From Nitrospirota bacterium (GTDB taxonomy: Bacteria; JACPQY01), in contig JACPAV010000024.1 of assembly GCA_016180645.1 (NCBI GenBank), positions 62,001 through 126,000 on the forward strand: 64,000 nucleotides of DNA, given 5' to 3'. The notes beneath the pieces were generated by a model. The model saw only the letters and a program-made list of their open reading frames with translations. It was not told the origin of the DNA and made no database searches. This document shows positions 8,578 to 19,475 of the stretch, in pieces (the stretch's first letter is position 1; each line of letters opens with the position of its first letter). The translations under genes and the position numbers were made by a program.

Positions 8578-11500
8578 ATGAACGTTTATCGCGGGGAACC
8601 GGTCATCGCCGGCCTGCATCCATCCGGTCTGTCGATCCTCATTCTTGCTCTGCTACTCGCGCTCCTGTTGGCGGGATGTGAGGGAAAGGGTGGGCGGGTG
8701 TTGGGTCGGGGTCAGGATCGGAGTCCTGGGGCGCCCGCAAAAGGCATCATCTTCAACAAACCTTTCGATGCGGGCCACGTTGTGAAGGACCCTGCCACGG
8801 AACAGGACGTGGTGCGAGACGAGATTCTGGTGACGGTCAAGGAGGGAACGTCTCAAGCTGACGTCGAGTCCCTGGCCAAACGCTTGGGCGGCAAGGTCGT
8901 CGGTTTCAACTCGGTTGCGGGCCTGTACCAGATCCAATTACCTCCGAACGTGACCCCAGCGGAGGGCATACGGCAGATCCAGGCCGATCCGCGTGTCGCC
9001 GGGACGGCGGTCCACCCGGTGTTCACGCTCGATTCGGAGAGAAAGTCCCGTCGTGCCGTCCCGAGGAAATCACCTCACCTCGCGATCCCGGAGGGTGTTG
9101 ATGCGAGACACGTGGTTGTGAAATTTGTTGAAGGCACGGCGGTGCGATTGCGCGAGGGCGATTTTGTGTCCGAGGCGAAGGCCGATCTTGTCCCTCTGGA
9201 AGCGGCTCTGGGGGCATTCTCCGGTATTTCAGCCGAACGACATTTCTCGCAAGATGAGACCGCGATCCAAAAAGAGAGGACCGCCGCCGAATCGTTCTCG
9301 GATCAATCCCTGCCCGACCTCAATCTCTACTACAGCTTCAAGTTGTCCGATTCCGTGGACCCCGAGGCTTTCATCAATGCCCTGAGTGCGCTCGACGTGG
9401 TGGAAGTGGTCTACTTCGAGCCGGTGCCCGAGCCGGCCCACACGACCGGAGACAATCCTCCACAGACCCCTGACTTCTTCCCGAAGCAGGGATACCTGAA
9501 TCCCGCGCCGCAGGGGGTGGATGCGCTCCACGCTTGGACGATCGCAGGTGGCAAAGGCGACGGGATTACGATCTATGACGTGGAGGGGGCGTGGGCCACC
9601 CATCATGAGGACCTGGACGTTCACGAGACGGATATTTTCGGAACGCCGACCACGGATCCGGGCTGGCTCCACCACGGCACGGCCGTTCACGGCGAGATGG
9701 TCGGCTTGGAGAACGGGTATGGCATCAAGGGCATCGTGCCGAAAGCGAAGGCCAAGGGAGTCTCGGTCTTTGCGTACGGTACGGCGAGTGCGATCAGTCT
9801 GGCCGCGAGCAAGGCGAAACCGGGAGACCTCATCCTGATCGAACTGCACGCCAAAGGTCCCTCAAGCGGTCAAACGTGCACGTGCAATTGCGGTCAGTTT
9901 GAGCTCATCGCGATGGAGTACTGGCAGGCGACGTTCGACGCGATTCAGGTGGCGGTGGCAAAGGGTGTGGTGGTGGTTGAAGCGGCAGGGAATGGGTCGA
10001 TGAATCTGGACAACCCCATCTATGGCGGCGCCTTCGACCGGGCGAAGCGGGACTCGGGTGCGATCCTTGTGGGCGCGGGCGACAACGTGGCCCACGCGCC
10101 GGAATGCTGGACCAACCACGGTTCGAGGGTGGACGTGCAGGGGTGGGGACGATACGTGTTCACCACCGGTTATGGGGATGCGTTTGGCGGAGATTCGAGC
10201 CAGCTCTACACGAACAGTTTCGGGGGTACATCGAGCGCGTCGCCGATTGTTACCGGCTCGGCCGCGGCCTTGGAGGGCATCTTCCAGCAGAAGAAGGGAA
10301 CCGCCCTTCTGCCGGCGGATCTCCGGAAGATTCTGGTGGAAACGGGAACCCCGCAATCCACGAGTGCGAAAAACATCGGCCCGTTGCCCAACCTCAAAGC
10401 GGCTGCGGCGAAATTGGACGGCGGCCAGGGCTGCTCGCCGGGGGCGTTCCCCAACGACCCGAATTTCCAGAATTGCGATCCCCAGGATGATTGGGGCTAC
10501 ACGAAAATCGACGCTATCGCGGCGTGGAAGACGCCGGCAAAATCGTCAGACATCGCCGTGGCCATTCTGGACACGGGCGTGCAGTCCACCCACCCGGAAT
10601 TCCAAGGGCGGATGCTGAAAGGGAAAAACTTCGTGACGGGAGGCGACCATACCGAGGATGGTCACGGCCACGGAACGCACGTGGCGGGCACGGCGGCGGC
10701 GAAGGGACACAACGCGCTCGGTATGGCAGGGGGTTGTTGGGACTGCAAGATCCTCCCGGTTAAGGTTCTGGGCGATACGGGGAGCGGGAGCTATATCGGC
10801 ATCCTGAATGGGATCACGTATGCCGCGGATGCCGGCGCCCGGGTCATCAACATGAGCCTCGGCGGGGGACGGTCAGATGACGTTTACAACGCTTTCGTGA
10901 AGGTGATCGACGATGCGCGGAACAAGGGAGCCGTTGTGATTGTGGCGGCGGGGAACAACGCGGGAGATGCCTCACTAAAGGTACCCGCGGCGGTGCCTTC
11001 GGCTGTTACGGTCGCCGCGACCGGTCCGGATGACACCCGGGCATACTTTTCAAATTATGGGTCCGTGGTGGACCTCGCCGCGCCGGGTGTGAATATCTGG
11101 GCGACCGTTCCGACGAACGGGTACCGGTACATGAGCGGCACTTCGATGGCAACGCCGATGGTAAGCGGGGTGGTTGGCTGCATCGCGAGCCGCAATCCGC
11201 AGCTCACGGTGGAGGAAATCGAATCGATCCTGGTTTCCACGGCGGACAAGATCGCGACGGACAAACCCGTGGGTGCGGGGCGGATCAATCTGGGTCGGGC
11301 GTGCGCTTTCAATCCGAACCATCCGCCCGTGGTGACCGTGAAGGCCGATCCGGCCTCCGCCAAACCAGGCGCGACCTCGCTGCTCACTGCAACCGCAGCG
11401 GATGCGGACGGAGATCCGATGACCTTCGCGTGGTCGGCAAGCGCGGGGACGGTCGTCGGCGCCGGGGCATCCGCGACCTGGACGGCCCCGCAGACGATCG

Positions 11501-14500
11501 GCATTCAGACGGCTAAGGTGACCGTGAGCGACGGGAACTACAGTGTGCCGGCAGAGGTGTCGATCTCCGTCCTGACAGGGGAGGTCTTTAACCTGGTCAT
11601 CCGGCCGGGCTTCGCGAAATTGGCCAAGGGGGCCTCCCAGCAGTTCTCCGCGGAGATTTCCGATGAGGTGGGCCGGCGAGTGACGGACTCGGTGCAATGG
11701 AGCGTGGACGGGATCGCGGGGACGGTCGATCCCAACGGTCTCTTCGCAGCGACCCAGGCGGGCGAGGGACATGTTAAAGCGACGTACCAGGGCCATTTCA
11801 ACACGGCGAAAGTGAGCGTGAACCATCAGCTGCCGACGTGTTCAGCCTCGGCACAGCCGCTCAAAGGCCACGTGCCCCTCACGGTCAACTTCTCCGCCAT
11901 TTCCTCCGACCCCGATGGGAAGATCGTTTCCACGATCTGGTTGTTTGGAGACGGGGGAACGACGACGACCCCTGCCGCGACCCACACCTACGCGACTTTC
12001 GGGAACTACACGGCAACCTTCACGGCGACGGATGATGACCAGGGGACCTGCGTGAAGGAGATGGCGATTGTGGTCGAGCCGCCCAATCGAGCGCCCACGT
12101 GCGAAGCCTTGGCGACCCCGCAGAAGGGCAAGGCGCCGCTCACCGTCAGTTTCGCGACCGTCGCCAAGGACGTTGACGGCACCCTTGTTTCGTATGCATG
12201 GTCGTTCGCCGATGGCGGTTCCTCGGCCCTCGCGCATCCCAAGCACGTGTACACCGGTCAGGGGTCCTACAAGGCTATTGTGACGGTGAAGGATGATGAC
12301 GGTACCGTGTGCGTCGATGATGTTCTGGTCAACGTCGATCCCCCGAACACACCCCCGGCGGTATCCGCAAGGATCGAACCTGGCTCCGGGGATGAACCTC
12401 TGGCGGCGAAGCTTACCGCCACGGCATCCGATCTTGACGGGACGATTTCCTCGTATGCCTGGAATACAGGTGACGGCGGCACTTTCTCCCAATCCTCGTT
12501 TTCGTACACCTACAAGCGGGACGGCATCTTCACAGCGAAGGTGACCGTAACCGACAATGACGGCGCGACTGCGAGCGCAGCCGTTCAGGTAACCGTCCAC
12601 CAAGTCATTAAGCCGCCCACGTGCACGGCCACGGCCAGTCCTACGAATGGAAAGGGGCCGCTGGCTGTCGGCTTCAACGGGAGCGCGACCGACCCGGATG
12701 GCTCGATCCAATCGACGGTCTGGACGTTCGGCGACGGCGCCTCCGCAAATTCCCCCGCGATCCAACACATCTACCATAAGGAGGGGGCGTTCACGGCGCT
12801 GTTCCGAGCGACGGACAACGACGGAGCCTCCTGTGAGAAGTCTTTTCCGGTCAACGTCCATGCCCCCAACATCGGCCCACAGGCTTTCGCTTCGGCCGAT
12901 CCGTACGAAGGTACCGCGCCCCTGTTCGTAAACTTCGTGGGCTTCGGCGTGGACCCGGATGGAACCATCATGGCGTTCCACTGGGACTTCGGCGACGGCA
13001 CAACGAGCGCCCTCCAGAACCCGAACCACGTCTACAACCAGTGCGGCTCATACACGGCCAAGCTGACGGTGACGGATAACGACGGCGCGACGGGCTCCAC
13101 GTCGCTCAAGAATGCGGTCCAGTGCTCCTCCAACGCCACGGCCTCCGACTGGCCGATGTTCCAGCACGATGCCTTCCAGACCGGGCGGGCGGTTGCCTCG
13201 ATCACGCTCCCGCTCGCGAAGCGGTGGGTCTTCAGCGTGCCGGTCCCGACGTCCATTTCGCCCACGGAGTGGACGGCGCAGATTCTCTCGCCGTCGGCGG
13301 CGGAGAAGAAGGTCTTCATCGCTTCCAAGATGGGGCTGCACGCGCTGGATACAAACACAGGCAAGAGCCTGTGGCACTTCCCGGTGAAGGACAACGCAGA
13401 CGATCCGACGCCGGCCTACGGCGATGGTCGCGTCTACTTCACCGATGGGAAACGGCTCTACGCCGTGAGTTCCGCGGATGGATCGATCGCATGGACCAGC
13501 GTCCTTGGGACCTGCACGGAATCGACGTCTCCCGTGTTCGAGTCGGGCGTGGTCTACATCGCCTCATGCGAGGGAACGGTCTTCGCCTTCGACGCGAAGA
13601 CCGGCGCCAAGATTTGGACCTTTGTGACGCCGGACGGCTCTCATTTCATGACACCCTGGGCGGCCCCGATGGTGGCATCCGGTCGCGTGTTCGCCGTCAC
13701 CATGGGGATCGCGGGCAGTTCCGGCTCGGGCTATGTCAACAGCCGTCTCCACGTGATCGACGCCAAGACGGGCAAGTCCGTCAAATTCAAAAACATCGGA
13801 GACTCTTTCTGGGCGAGCGCGTCGTTCGAGAACGGGATGCTCTACCTGGCGAACATGGACGGCAAACTTTACGCCGTTGATCTCCAAACGCTCGACGTGG
13901 TGTGGCAGACGCTTCTTGGGGGGCAGCTCCAGACCTCCCCGGCGATCACGGAAAAGAGGGTCTTCGTCGCATCCACCGACCACTTCGTGTACGCGGTGGA
14001 CAAGGCCAGCGGCAAGGTGGCCTGGAAAAAGGACCTCAAGGGCCAAATCCGCTCGTCCATCGCCGCGGCAAGCCAAATGCTGTTCGTCGGCTCGTCGGAC
14101 AACAGCCTATACGTCCTTCAACAAGATTCCGGCGACGTTCTCTACACCCATGCGACGGGCGGCATGATCTGGTCGTCACCGGCCATCGCGGAGAACATGA
14201 TCTTCATTGGGTCGGAGGACGGCAAGGTCTACGCGTTCGGCACGGGCGGAGCGACGGTCGCCCGCGTCTGGCCGATGTTCCGCCATGATCCGCGTCACAG
14301 CGGCGCATCCCAGTTCGAGGCGTCGCACCTGCCGAGGGTCCGCTGGGCCTTGGACGCGGGAAATTGGGTCCACAACTCCGTGAGCCTTGCGGACGATGGC
14401 ACGGCCTACTTTGTCAATTTCTCGGGCGTGCTCAAGGCGGTTGCCCCCGATGGAAAGGTCAAGTGGGAGAACAACACGATCGGCGATACCCACGCTTCGC

Positions 14501-17500
14501 CGACGATTGCAGCGGACGGCACGATCTACGTCACGGGCCGCGACAACGGAAACCTGTTCGCCTTCAGTGCTGACGGCTCGCTCAGGTGGAAATTGGGCCT
14601 GGGGGATCCGTACTTGGAGTCCTCGCCCGTCATCCTCTCCGACGGAACGCTGGTGTTTGGCGGCTCGATGAGCGCCGTGTACGCCGTCTTCCCGGATGGA
14701 AAACTTCGATGGAAGTTCACACCGCAGGGGGTGACCGCCGTGCCGTCCCCTACCTCGCTCACGGAATCGGCGCGCCTATCCGGAACCGAACCGGCCGCCG
14801 CAACCGACAGCTTCTACTCCTCGCCCGCCCTGGACGATCAGGACCGGATCTATATCGGCGGGTTTGGCGGCACCCTGTACGCGCTCTCGCCGGCCGGGGA
14901 CCTTCTTTGGAGCTATGGCGCCGGTGCTCCGATCGTCGGTTCGCCGACCGTTACCCCAGACGGGCGCGTGGCCGTCATCTCCACCAAGGCCGTCTCCACC
15001 GATGTAAATCGGCTTCATGTCGTAGACCTCAACGGGAAGCAGGTCTGGAAGAAGGATCTCGGCGGCGTCAAAACCAACGAATCGGTTCCGGCGGTGGACG
15101 CACAGGGGCGCATCGTTGTGAACGACAACAACGCACTCCTGGCCCTGGACGCGTCCGGCAGGGAGATTTTCAGATTTGATCCTGGCACGTCCTGTGATTC
15201 AGACACGGCGGTCGCCTCGCCCACGATGACGTCGGACGGCCGCATCCTATTCAAGACGCGTGCCTGCGGAAGCACGCGGAATCTGTACGCGATCAAGCCG
15301 GACGGCATCGTCGAATGGCAGTTGCCGGTGGAGGAAGACTTCGCCTATCGCAGGTGGGACTCGTCTCCGTCCGTAGGCGAGGACGGCACGATCTACCTCG
15401 TGGGCGGAATGACACTTGTCGCGATCTACGGCACGGGCACGAACCAAGCGCCGACCTGTGCGGCCACGGCCGATCCGACGAGCGGCGTGGAGCCTCTCGA
15501 TGTGAAATTTGCGGCGACGGCTTCCGATCCTGAGAAGGACCCGCTTACGTACGCGTGGGACTATGGCGATGGCTCGACGGGAGCCGGCGCACAGGCAGCG
15601 CACAAGTTTGCGGCGGTCGGCACGTACGCAGCGGTCCTCACCGTCACCGACGCCCTCGGCGCGAAGTGCCAGGGCAGCGTCCAGATCACGGTAAACCCGA
15701 ACCGCGCGCCGGTCTGCGCAGCCTCCGCTACGCCGACCACCGGGGCCGTGCCTCTGGCCGCGTCGTTCCTCGGTTCCGCAACCGACCCGGATGGCGGAAC
15801 GCTCACCTATGCCTGGACCTTCGGCGACGGCTCCTCCGCGAACCTCGGTCAGACGCAGCACACCTACGCGGCCGTCGGTTTGTACAACGCGCAGTTCAAG
15901 GCGACCGATCCCCAAGGCGCCTCGTGCTCGAATACGGTGGCGATCGCCGCGAATCCGAATCGAAACCCCGTCTGCTCGGCGTCGGCGACTCCGCTCGCGG
16001 GCATTGCGCCGCTCTCTGTGGCGTTCAGCGGAACGGCCTCAGATGCCGATGGCGTGATCAAGGCCGTCCTGTGGACATTCGGTGATGGCTCAAGCTCAGG
16101 ATCGGCCCAATCGACGCACGCCTACTCGGTCCATGGCGCGTACACGGCCGAATTCCGGGCCGATGACGACAAAGGTGGCGTCTGCCATTCGACCGTGGGG
16201 ATTCAAGTCGACAAGCCCCCGAACAAGCCGCCGACGTGCTCGCTCTCGGTTTCACCCCAGAGAGGGAAATCTCCTCTGGCGGCCCAGTTCGCCTCCGCGG
16301 CGGCCGATACGGATGGTTCCATCGTGAGTTACGAATGGACATTTGGCGACGGCACGCCGGGATCGAACATCCAGAATCCATCCCACGCCTACATCCTCAT
16401 CGGCACCTTCACCGCCTCGCTGACCGTGCGCGACAATGAGGGCGCCCCGTGCATGGCCACCGGAACGGTGACCGTGCTGCCGCCCAACAAACCGCCTGCG
16501 GTTTCGATCCAGGCGGTACCGGAGAGAGGGCCGGAGCCTCTCTTGGTTCAGTTCAAGACCACCGCCTCCGATCCGGACGGAACAATCGTTTCGTATGCGT
16601 GGACGCTGGGTGACGGCGCAACCTCGACGGGCGTTGAGCCGTCTCACTCCTACCAGAACGACGGCGCCTACACGGCAACCCTCACGGTGAAGGACGACGA
16701 TGGCGCATCCGCCAGCGCGAGCGCCAAGGTCACGGTCGAGAGAGTGCTGATCCCGCCGACGTGTTCGGCTAACGCGACGCCGCTCAAGGGCCACGCGGCG
16801 TTGAACGTTTCCTTCAACGGTTCTGCGACGGATGCCGACGGATCGATTGTCGTGACAGGCTGGACTTTCGGCGATGGGACCAACGCTTTAGGGTCGCAGG
16901 TGAGCCACGTATATCCAGCGCAGGGAACTTACACCGCGGTCTTCAAGGCCACCGACAATGACGGAATGTCCTGCGACAAGATGCTGACGATCCTCGTCGA
17001 ACCGCCGAACAAGCCGCCGGTGGCGGTCATCTTCGCCGATCCCGTTAAAGGTTTCGCGCCGCTCGACGTGGGGTTCAAGGGTGATTCGAGCTTCGACACG
17101 GACGGAACGGTGGCCGCGTACGCCTGGGACTTTGCCGATGGAGCGACGGCCGCAACCGCGAAGGGTCCGCACTCGTTCACGAAAGATGGAGTCTTCAACG
17201 TGAAGCTCACCGTCACGGACGACGATGGAGCGACCGGCACCAGCACACTCTCCATCGAAGTCCTGGAGGGTGATCCGGGCGACCCCTACGTATGGCCGAT
17301 GTTCGGGGCGAGCGCGGGGCACACGAGCTACTCGCCCGCGATGCTGCCGGCCCACGTTCAGGCGGTGTGGAAGAGCGCGATTGGCAACGGCGGATTCGGA
17401 GGGACGGAGCTGAATGTGAAAGTCCTCGGCCCGGCGGTATCCGATGGGCTTCTGTTCACCACATCTCTGAATGAACTGGTGATGCAAGATGCCCTGACGG

Positions 17501-19443
17501 GCAAGGACTTCTACCGAAAGAGCGTTCCATACGCCTCGGACGATCCTACGCCGGCGGTGGCGAACGGCAAGATCGTTTTCACGACGGGCAATGAATTGTA
17601 CGCTTTCGATCTGGCCACGCGAAAGCTCCTCTGGGGACCGGTGAATCTCGCGACGTGCAGCGATTCGACCTCGCCAACCCTCGCGGAGGGGGTGGTCTAC
17701 ATCGCGGGCTGTGACTCGGCCGTGTACGCGTTTGCGCTCGCGGATGGCCGCCTCAAATGGAAGTATTCAGATGCGGAGGGGCAACGGATGAACACGCCCC
17801 AAGGCAGCCCGACCGTGTACAGAGGACTGGTGTACCAGCCAACGCTCGGCATTCCGTCCGGGCAGAACTACGTGAATCCGAAGGTGTTGGTCCTCGATGC
17901 GTCCACCGGAGTCGCGAAGGCAGCTTTTGCGATGGCGGGGTCGGTCTGGTCGGCGCCCTCGGCAAAGTACGACACGCTGTTCGTGGCCGATCAGTCGGGA
18001 GCACTTACGGCCTTCGACGTAAAGTCGCGTGCGACCCGGTGGCAATTTAGGGCGTCGGCCGGCTTTTCCACGTCGCCGTCCGTCGTTCGGGGCAGAGTGG
18101 TCGTGGGAGCGTGGGACAAGAACGTGTACGGCCTTGACGCCTTCAGTGGCCAGTTGCTCTGGCAGGCGGCCACGGACGGCGAGATCCGTTCGAACGCGGC
18201 GGTTACATCGAATGAGGCGGTCATGGTGACGCGACCGGGCACGGTATTTCGCCTGAACATGGCCGACGGCTCGCAGATCGAATCGATCCCCCTTGACGTG
18301 GAAGTCTGGTCTTCGCCTGCCCTGGCCCACTCGATGATCTACATCGGTGCAACCGACGGCAGGGTCTACGCCCTCGGCGATCCCGCGAAACAGACCCTGC
18401 TGGCGAAGACGTGGACGAGCTTCGGCGCCGACAGCCGGCACAGCGGGCTTGCCCCCACGCTGGGGCCGACGACCATCGCGCCGAAGCTCGCGTTCAATTC
18501 CGGGGGCGGCGTGAACGGCAGCCCCGTGTTGGACGATGCGGGCAATATCTACGTGGCCACGGCCTCGGGAGTGCTCTATGGACTGGAGCGGGACGGTACC
18601 GTGCGCTGGACCTACAACACGGGACTGGTGCTTGGAAGCCCGACCGTGGATACCCAGGGCAACGTGTTCGCGGCATCGCAGGGCGGGATCGTTCACAAAT
18701 TCAACGCGCGGGGTCAGTTGCAATGGACCCACTGGGTGGCCAATACCATACAGGCGTCTCCGTGCGTGGGGCCGGATGGATCGGCATACATCGGTGACAA
18801 CGGGGGAAACTTCTTCGGAATTGACCCGACCGGCAGTCGGACATTCAAGATTTCGATCGGGGACGCCATGCGGAACGCGTGCGCCGTGGACGAAGCGGGG
18901 AGCGTCTACGTGGGAGGCGGCGATGCGAGCCTAAGAAAGTTCAGCCCGAGCGGTTCCTTATTGTTTTCGCGCTCCCTCCGGGAAAGGATTCTGTCGACCC
19001 CTGCCATCGCGGAGAATGGGACCATCATCGCGAGTACCTACAACAGCTACACCTACGCCCTTTCAAGTGGCGGCGGCCTGCTGTGGTGGGCGCCGGTGAG
19101 CGGTTCGGTGTCCACTGCCCACGGACGGGTGTACATTCAGTCGTCGGATGGACTCCATGTGTACACGGTGGGCGGTGTGCCCGTTTGGACGTTCGGCGCG
19201 CCTGGGACGTGCTCCGATCCGATCGTTGAAAGTCCGGCAGTGGATATCGACGGGAACGTGTACTTCAAACACCTCGGAAGCGGCTGTGGCGGCAGTGGGA
19301 CGATCTACGCCTTGGATCCTGACGGCAAGCTTCACTGGTCGCAATCGGTTCCCGGCGGCTCGCGTTCATCCCCATCGCTCGGCCGGGGCCGCGCCCTCTA
19401 CATCGGTTCCGGAGCCGGCCTCCACATCTTCGGCTCGGAATAG
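8578..19443 (+). CDS. Giant lipoprotein: two S8 subtilase domains, Ig-like domains, 12 PKD domains, four PQQ/BamB-type beta-propellers
   Basis: GGAGGTG RBS before ATG 8578 and lipobox LLAGC. Triad 1 is YDVEG/HGTAV/GTSSASP; triad 2 is LDTG/HGTHVAG/GTSMATP. PKD W.FGDG repeats, WP.F..D..H.G propeller starts and SSP blade repeats. Confidence 0.9.
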   Translation: MNVYRGEPVIAGLHPSGLSILILALLLALLLAGCEGKGGRVLGRGQDRSPGAPAKGIIFNKPFDAGHVVKDPATEQDVVRDEILVTVKEGTSQADVESLAKRLGGKVVGFNSVAGLYQIQLPPNVTPAEGIRQIQADPRVAGTAVHPVFTLDSERKSRRAVPRKSPHLAIPEGVDARHVVVKFVEGTAVRLREGDFVSEAKADLVPLEAALGAFSGISAERHFSQDETAIQKERTAAESFSDQSLPDLNLYYSFKLSDSVDPEAFINALSALDVVEVVYFEPVPEPAHTTGDNPPQTPDFFPKQGYLNPAPQGVDALHAWTIAGGKGDGITIYDVEGAWATHHEDLDVHETDIFGTPTTDPGWLHHGTAVHGEMVGLENGYGIKGIVPKAKAKGVSVFAYGTASAISLAASKAKPGDLILIELHAKGPSSGQTCTCNCGQFELIAMEYWQATFDAIQVAVAKGVVVVEAAGNGSMNLDNPIYGGAFDRAKRDSGAILVGAGDNVAHAPECWTNHGSRVDVQGWGRYVFTTGYGDAFGGDSSQLYTNSFGGTSSASPIVTGSAAALEGIFQQKKGTALLPADLRKILVETGTPQSTSAKNIGPLPNLKAAAAKLDGGQGCSPGAFPNDPNFQNCDPQDDWGYTKIDAIAAWKTPAKSSDIAVAILDTGVQSTHPEFQGRMLKGKNFVTGGDHTEDGHGHGTHVAGTAAAKGHNALGMAGGCWDCKILPVKVLGDTGSGSYIGILNGITYAADAGARVINMSLGGGRSDDVYNAFVKVIDDARNKGAVVIVAAGNNAGDASLKVPAAVPSAVTVAATGPDDTRAYFSNYGSVVDLAAPGVNIWATVPTNGYRYMSGTSMATPMVSGVVGCIASRNPQLTVEEIESILVSTADKIATDKPVGAGRINLGRACAFNPNHPPVVTVKADPASAKPGATSLLTATAADADGDPMTFAWSASAGTVVGAGASATWTAPQTIGIQTAKVTVSDGNYSVPAEVSISVLTGEVFNLVIRPGFAKLAKGASQQFSAEISDEVGRRVTDSVQWSVDGIAGTVDPNGLFAATQAGEGHVKATYQGHFNTAKVSVNHQLPTCSASAQPLKGHVPLTVNFSAISSDPDGKIVSTIWLFGDGGTTTTPAATHTYATFGNYTATFTATDDDQGTCVKEMAIVVEPPNRAPTCEALATPQKGKAPLTVSFATVAKDVDGTLVSYAWSFADGGSSALAHPKHVYTGQGSYKAIVTVKDDDGTVCVDDVLVNVDPPNTPPAVSARIEPGSGDEPLAAKLTATASDLDGTISSYAWNTGDGGTFSQSSFSYTYKRDGIFTAKVTVTDNDGATASAAVQVTVHQVIKPPTCTATASPTNGKGPLAVGFNGSATDPDGSIQSTVWTFGDGASANSPAIQHIYHKEGAFTALFRATDNDGASCEKSFPVNVHAPNIGPQAFASADPYEGTAPLFVNFVGFGVDPDGTIMAFHWDFGDGTTSALQNPNHVYNQCGSYTAKLTVTDNDGATGSTSLKNAVQCSSNATASDWPMFQHDAFQTGRAVASITLPLAKRWVFSVPVPTSISPTEWTAQILSPSAAEKKVFIASKMGLHALDTNTGKSLWHFPVKDNADDPTPAYGDGRVYFTDGKRLYAVSSADGSIAWTSVLGTCTESTSPVFESGVVYIASCEGTVFAFDAKTGAKIWTFVTPDGSHFMTPWAAPMVASGRVFAVTMGIAGSSGSGYVNSRLHVIDAKTGKSVKFKNIGDSFWASASFENGMLYLANMDGKLYAVDLQTLDVVWQTLLGGQLQTSPAITEKRVFVASTDHFVYAVDKASGKVAWKKDLKGQIRSSIAAASQMLFVGSSDNSLYVLQQDSGDVLYTHATGGMIWSSPAIAENMIFIGSEDGKVYAFGTGGATVARVWPMFRHDPRHSGASQFEASHLPRVRWALDAGNWVHNSVSLADDGTAYFVNFSGVLKAVAPDGKVKWENNTIGDTHASPTIAADGTIYVTGRDNGNLFAFSADGSLRWKLGLGDPYLESSPVILSDGTLVFGGSMSAVYAVFPDGKLRWKFTPQGVTAVPSPTSLTESARLSGTEPAAATDSFYSSPALDDQDRIYIGGFGGTLYALSPAGDLLWSYGAGAPIVGSPTVTPDGRVAVISTKAVSTDVNRLHVVDLNGKQVWKKDLGGVKTNESVPAVDAQGRIVVNDNNALLALDASGREIFRFDPGTSCDSDTAVASPTMTSDGRILFKTRACGSTRNLYAIKPDGIVEWQLPVEEDFAYRRWDSSPSVGEDGTIYLVGGMTLVAIYGTGTNQAPTCAATADPTSGVEPLDVKFAATASDPEKDPLTYAWDYGDGSTGAGAQAAHKFAAVGTYAAVLTVTDALGAKCQGSVQITVNPNRAPVCAASATPTTGAVPLAASFLGSATDPDGGTLTYAWTFGDGSSANLGQTQHTYAAVGLYNAQFKATDPQGASCSNTVAIAANPNRNPVCSASATPLAGIAPLSVAFSGTASDADGVIKAVLWTFGDGSSSGSAQSTHAYSVHGAYTAEFRADDDKGGVCHSTVGIQVDKPPNKPPTCSLSVSPQRGKSPLAAQFASAAADTDGSIVSYEWTFGDGTPGSNIQNPSHAYILIGTFTASLTVRDNEGAPCMATGTVTVLPPNKPPAVSIQAVPERGPEPLLVQFKTTASDPDGTIVSYAWTLGDGATSTGVEPSHSYQNDGAYTATLTVKDDDGASASASAKVTVERVLIPPTCSANATPLKGHAALNVSFNGSATDADGSIVVTGWTFGDGTNALGSQVSHVYPAQGTYTAVFKATDNDGMSCDKMLTILVEPPNKPPVAVIFADPVKGFAPLDVGFKGDSSFDTDGTVAAYAWDFADGATAATAKGPHSFTKDGVFNVKLTVTDDDGATGTSTLSIEVLEGDPGDPYVWPMFGASAGHTSYSPAMLPAHVQAVWKSAIGNGGFGGTELNVKVLGPAVSDGLLFTTSLNELVMQDALTGKDFYRKSVPYASDDPTPAVANGKIVFTTGNELYAFDLATRKLLWGPVNLATCSDSTSPTLAEGVVYIAGCDSAVYAFALADGRLKWKYSDAEGQRMNTPQGSPTVYRGLVYQPTLGIPSGQNYVNPKVLVLDASTGVAKAAFAMAGSVWSAPSAKYDTLFVADQSGALTAFDVKSRATRWQFRASAGFSTSPSVVRGRVVVGAWDKNVYGLDAFSGQLLWQAATDGEIRSNAAVTSNEAVMVTRPGTVFRLNMADGSQIESIPLDVEVWSSPALAHSMIYIGATDGRVYALGDPAKQTLLAKTWTSFGADSRHSGLAPTLGPTTIAPKLAFNSGGGVNGSPVLDDAGNIYVATASGVLYGLERDGTVRWTYNTGLVLGSPTVDTQGNVFAASQGGIVHKFNARGQLQWTHWVANTIQASPCVGPDGSAYIGDNGGNFFGIDPTGSRTFKISIGDAMRNACAVDEAGSVYVGGGDASLRKFSPSGSLLFSRSLRERILSTPAIAENGTIIASTYNSYTYALSSGGGLLWWAPVSGSVSTAHGRVYIQSSDGLHVYTVGGVPVWTFGAPGTCSDPIVESPAVDIDGNVYFKHLGSGCGGSGTIYALDPDGKLHWSQSVPGGSRSSPSLGRGRALYIGSGAGLHIFGSE

Positions 19444-19475
19444 AGGAGGTCGGAGAATCCGCCTCTTGAGGCTGG

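Noticed and set aside
13140-19440. PQQ-dependent dehydrogenase activity of the propellers
   Set aside because: Only generic blade motifs are seen, with no quinoprotein active-site features. A BamB-like scaffold role is more parsimonious.
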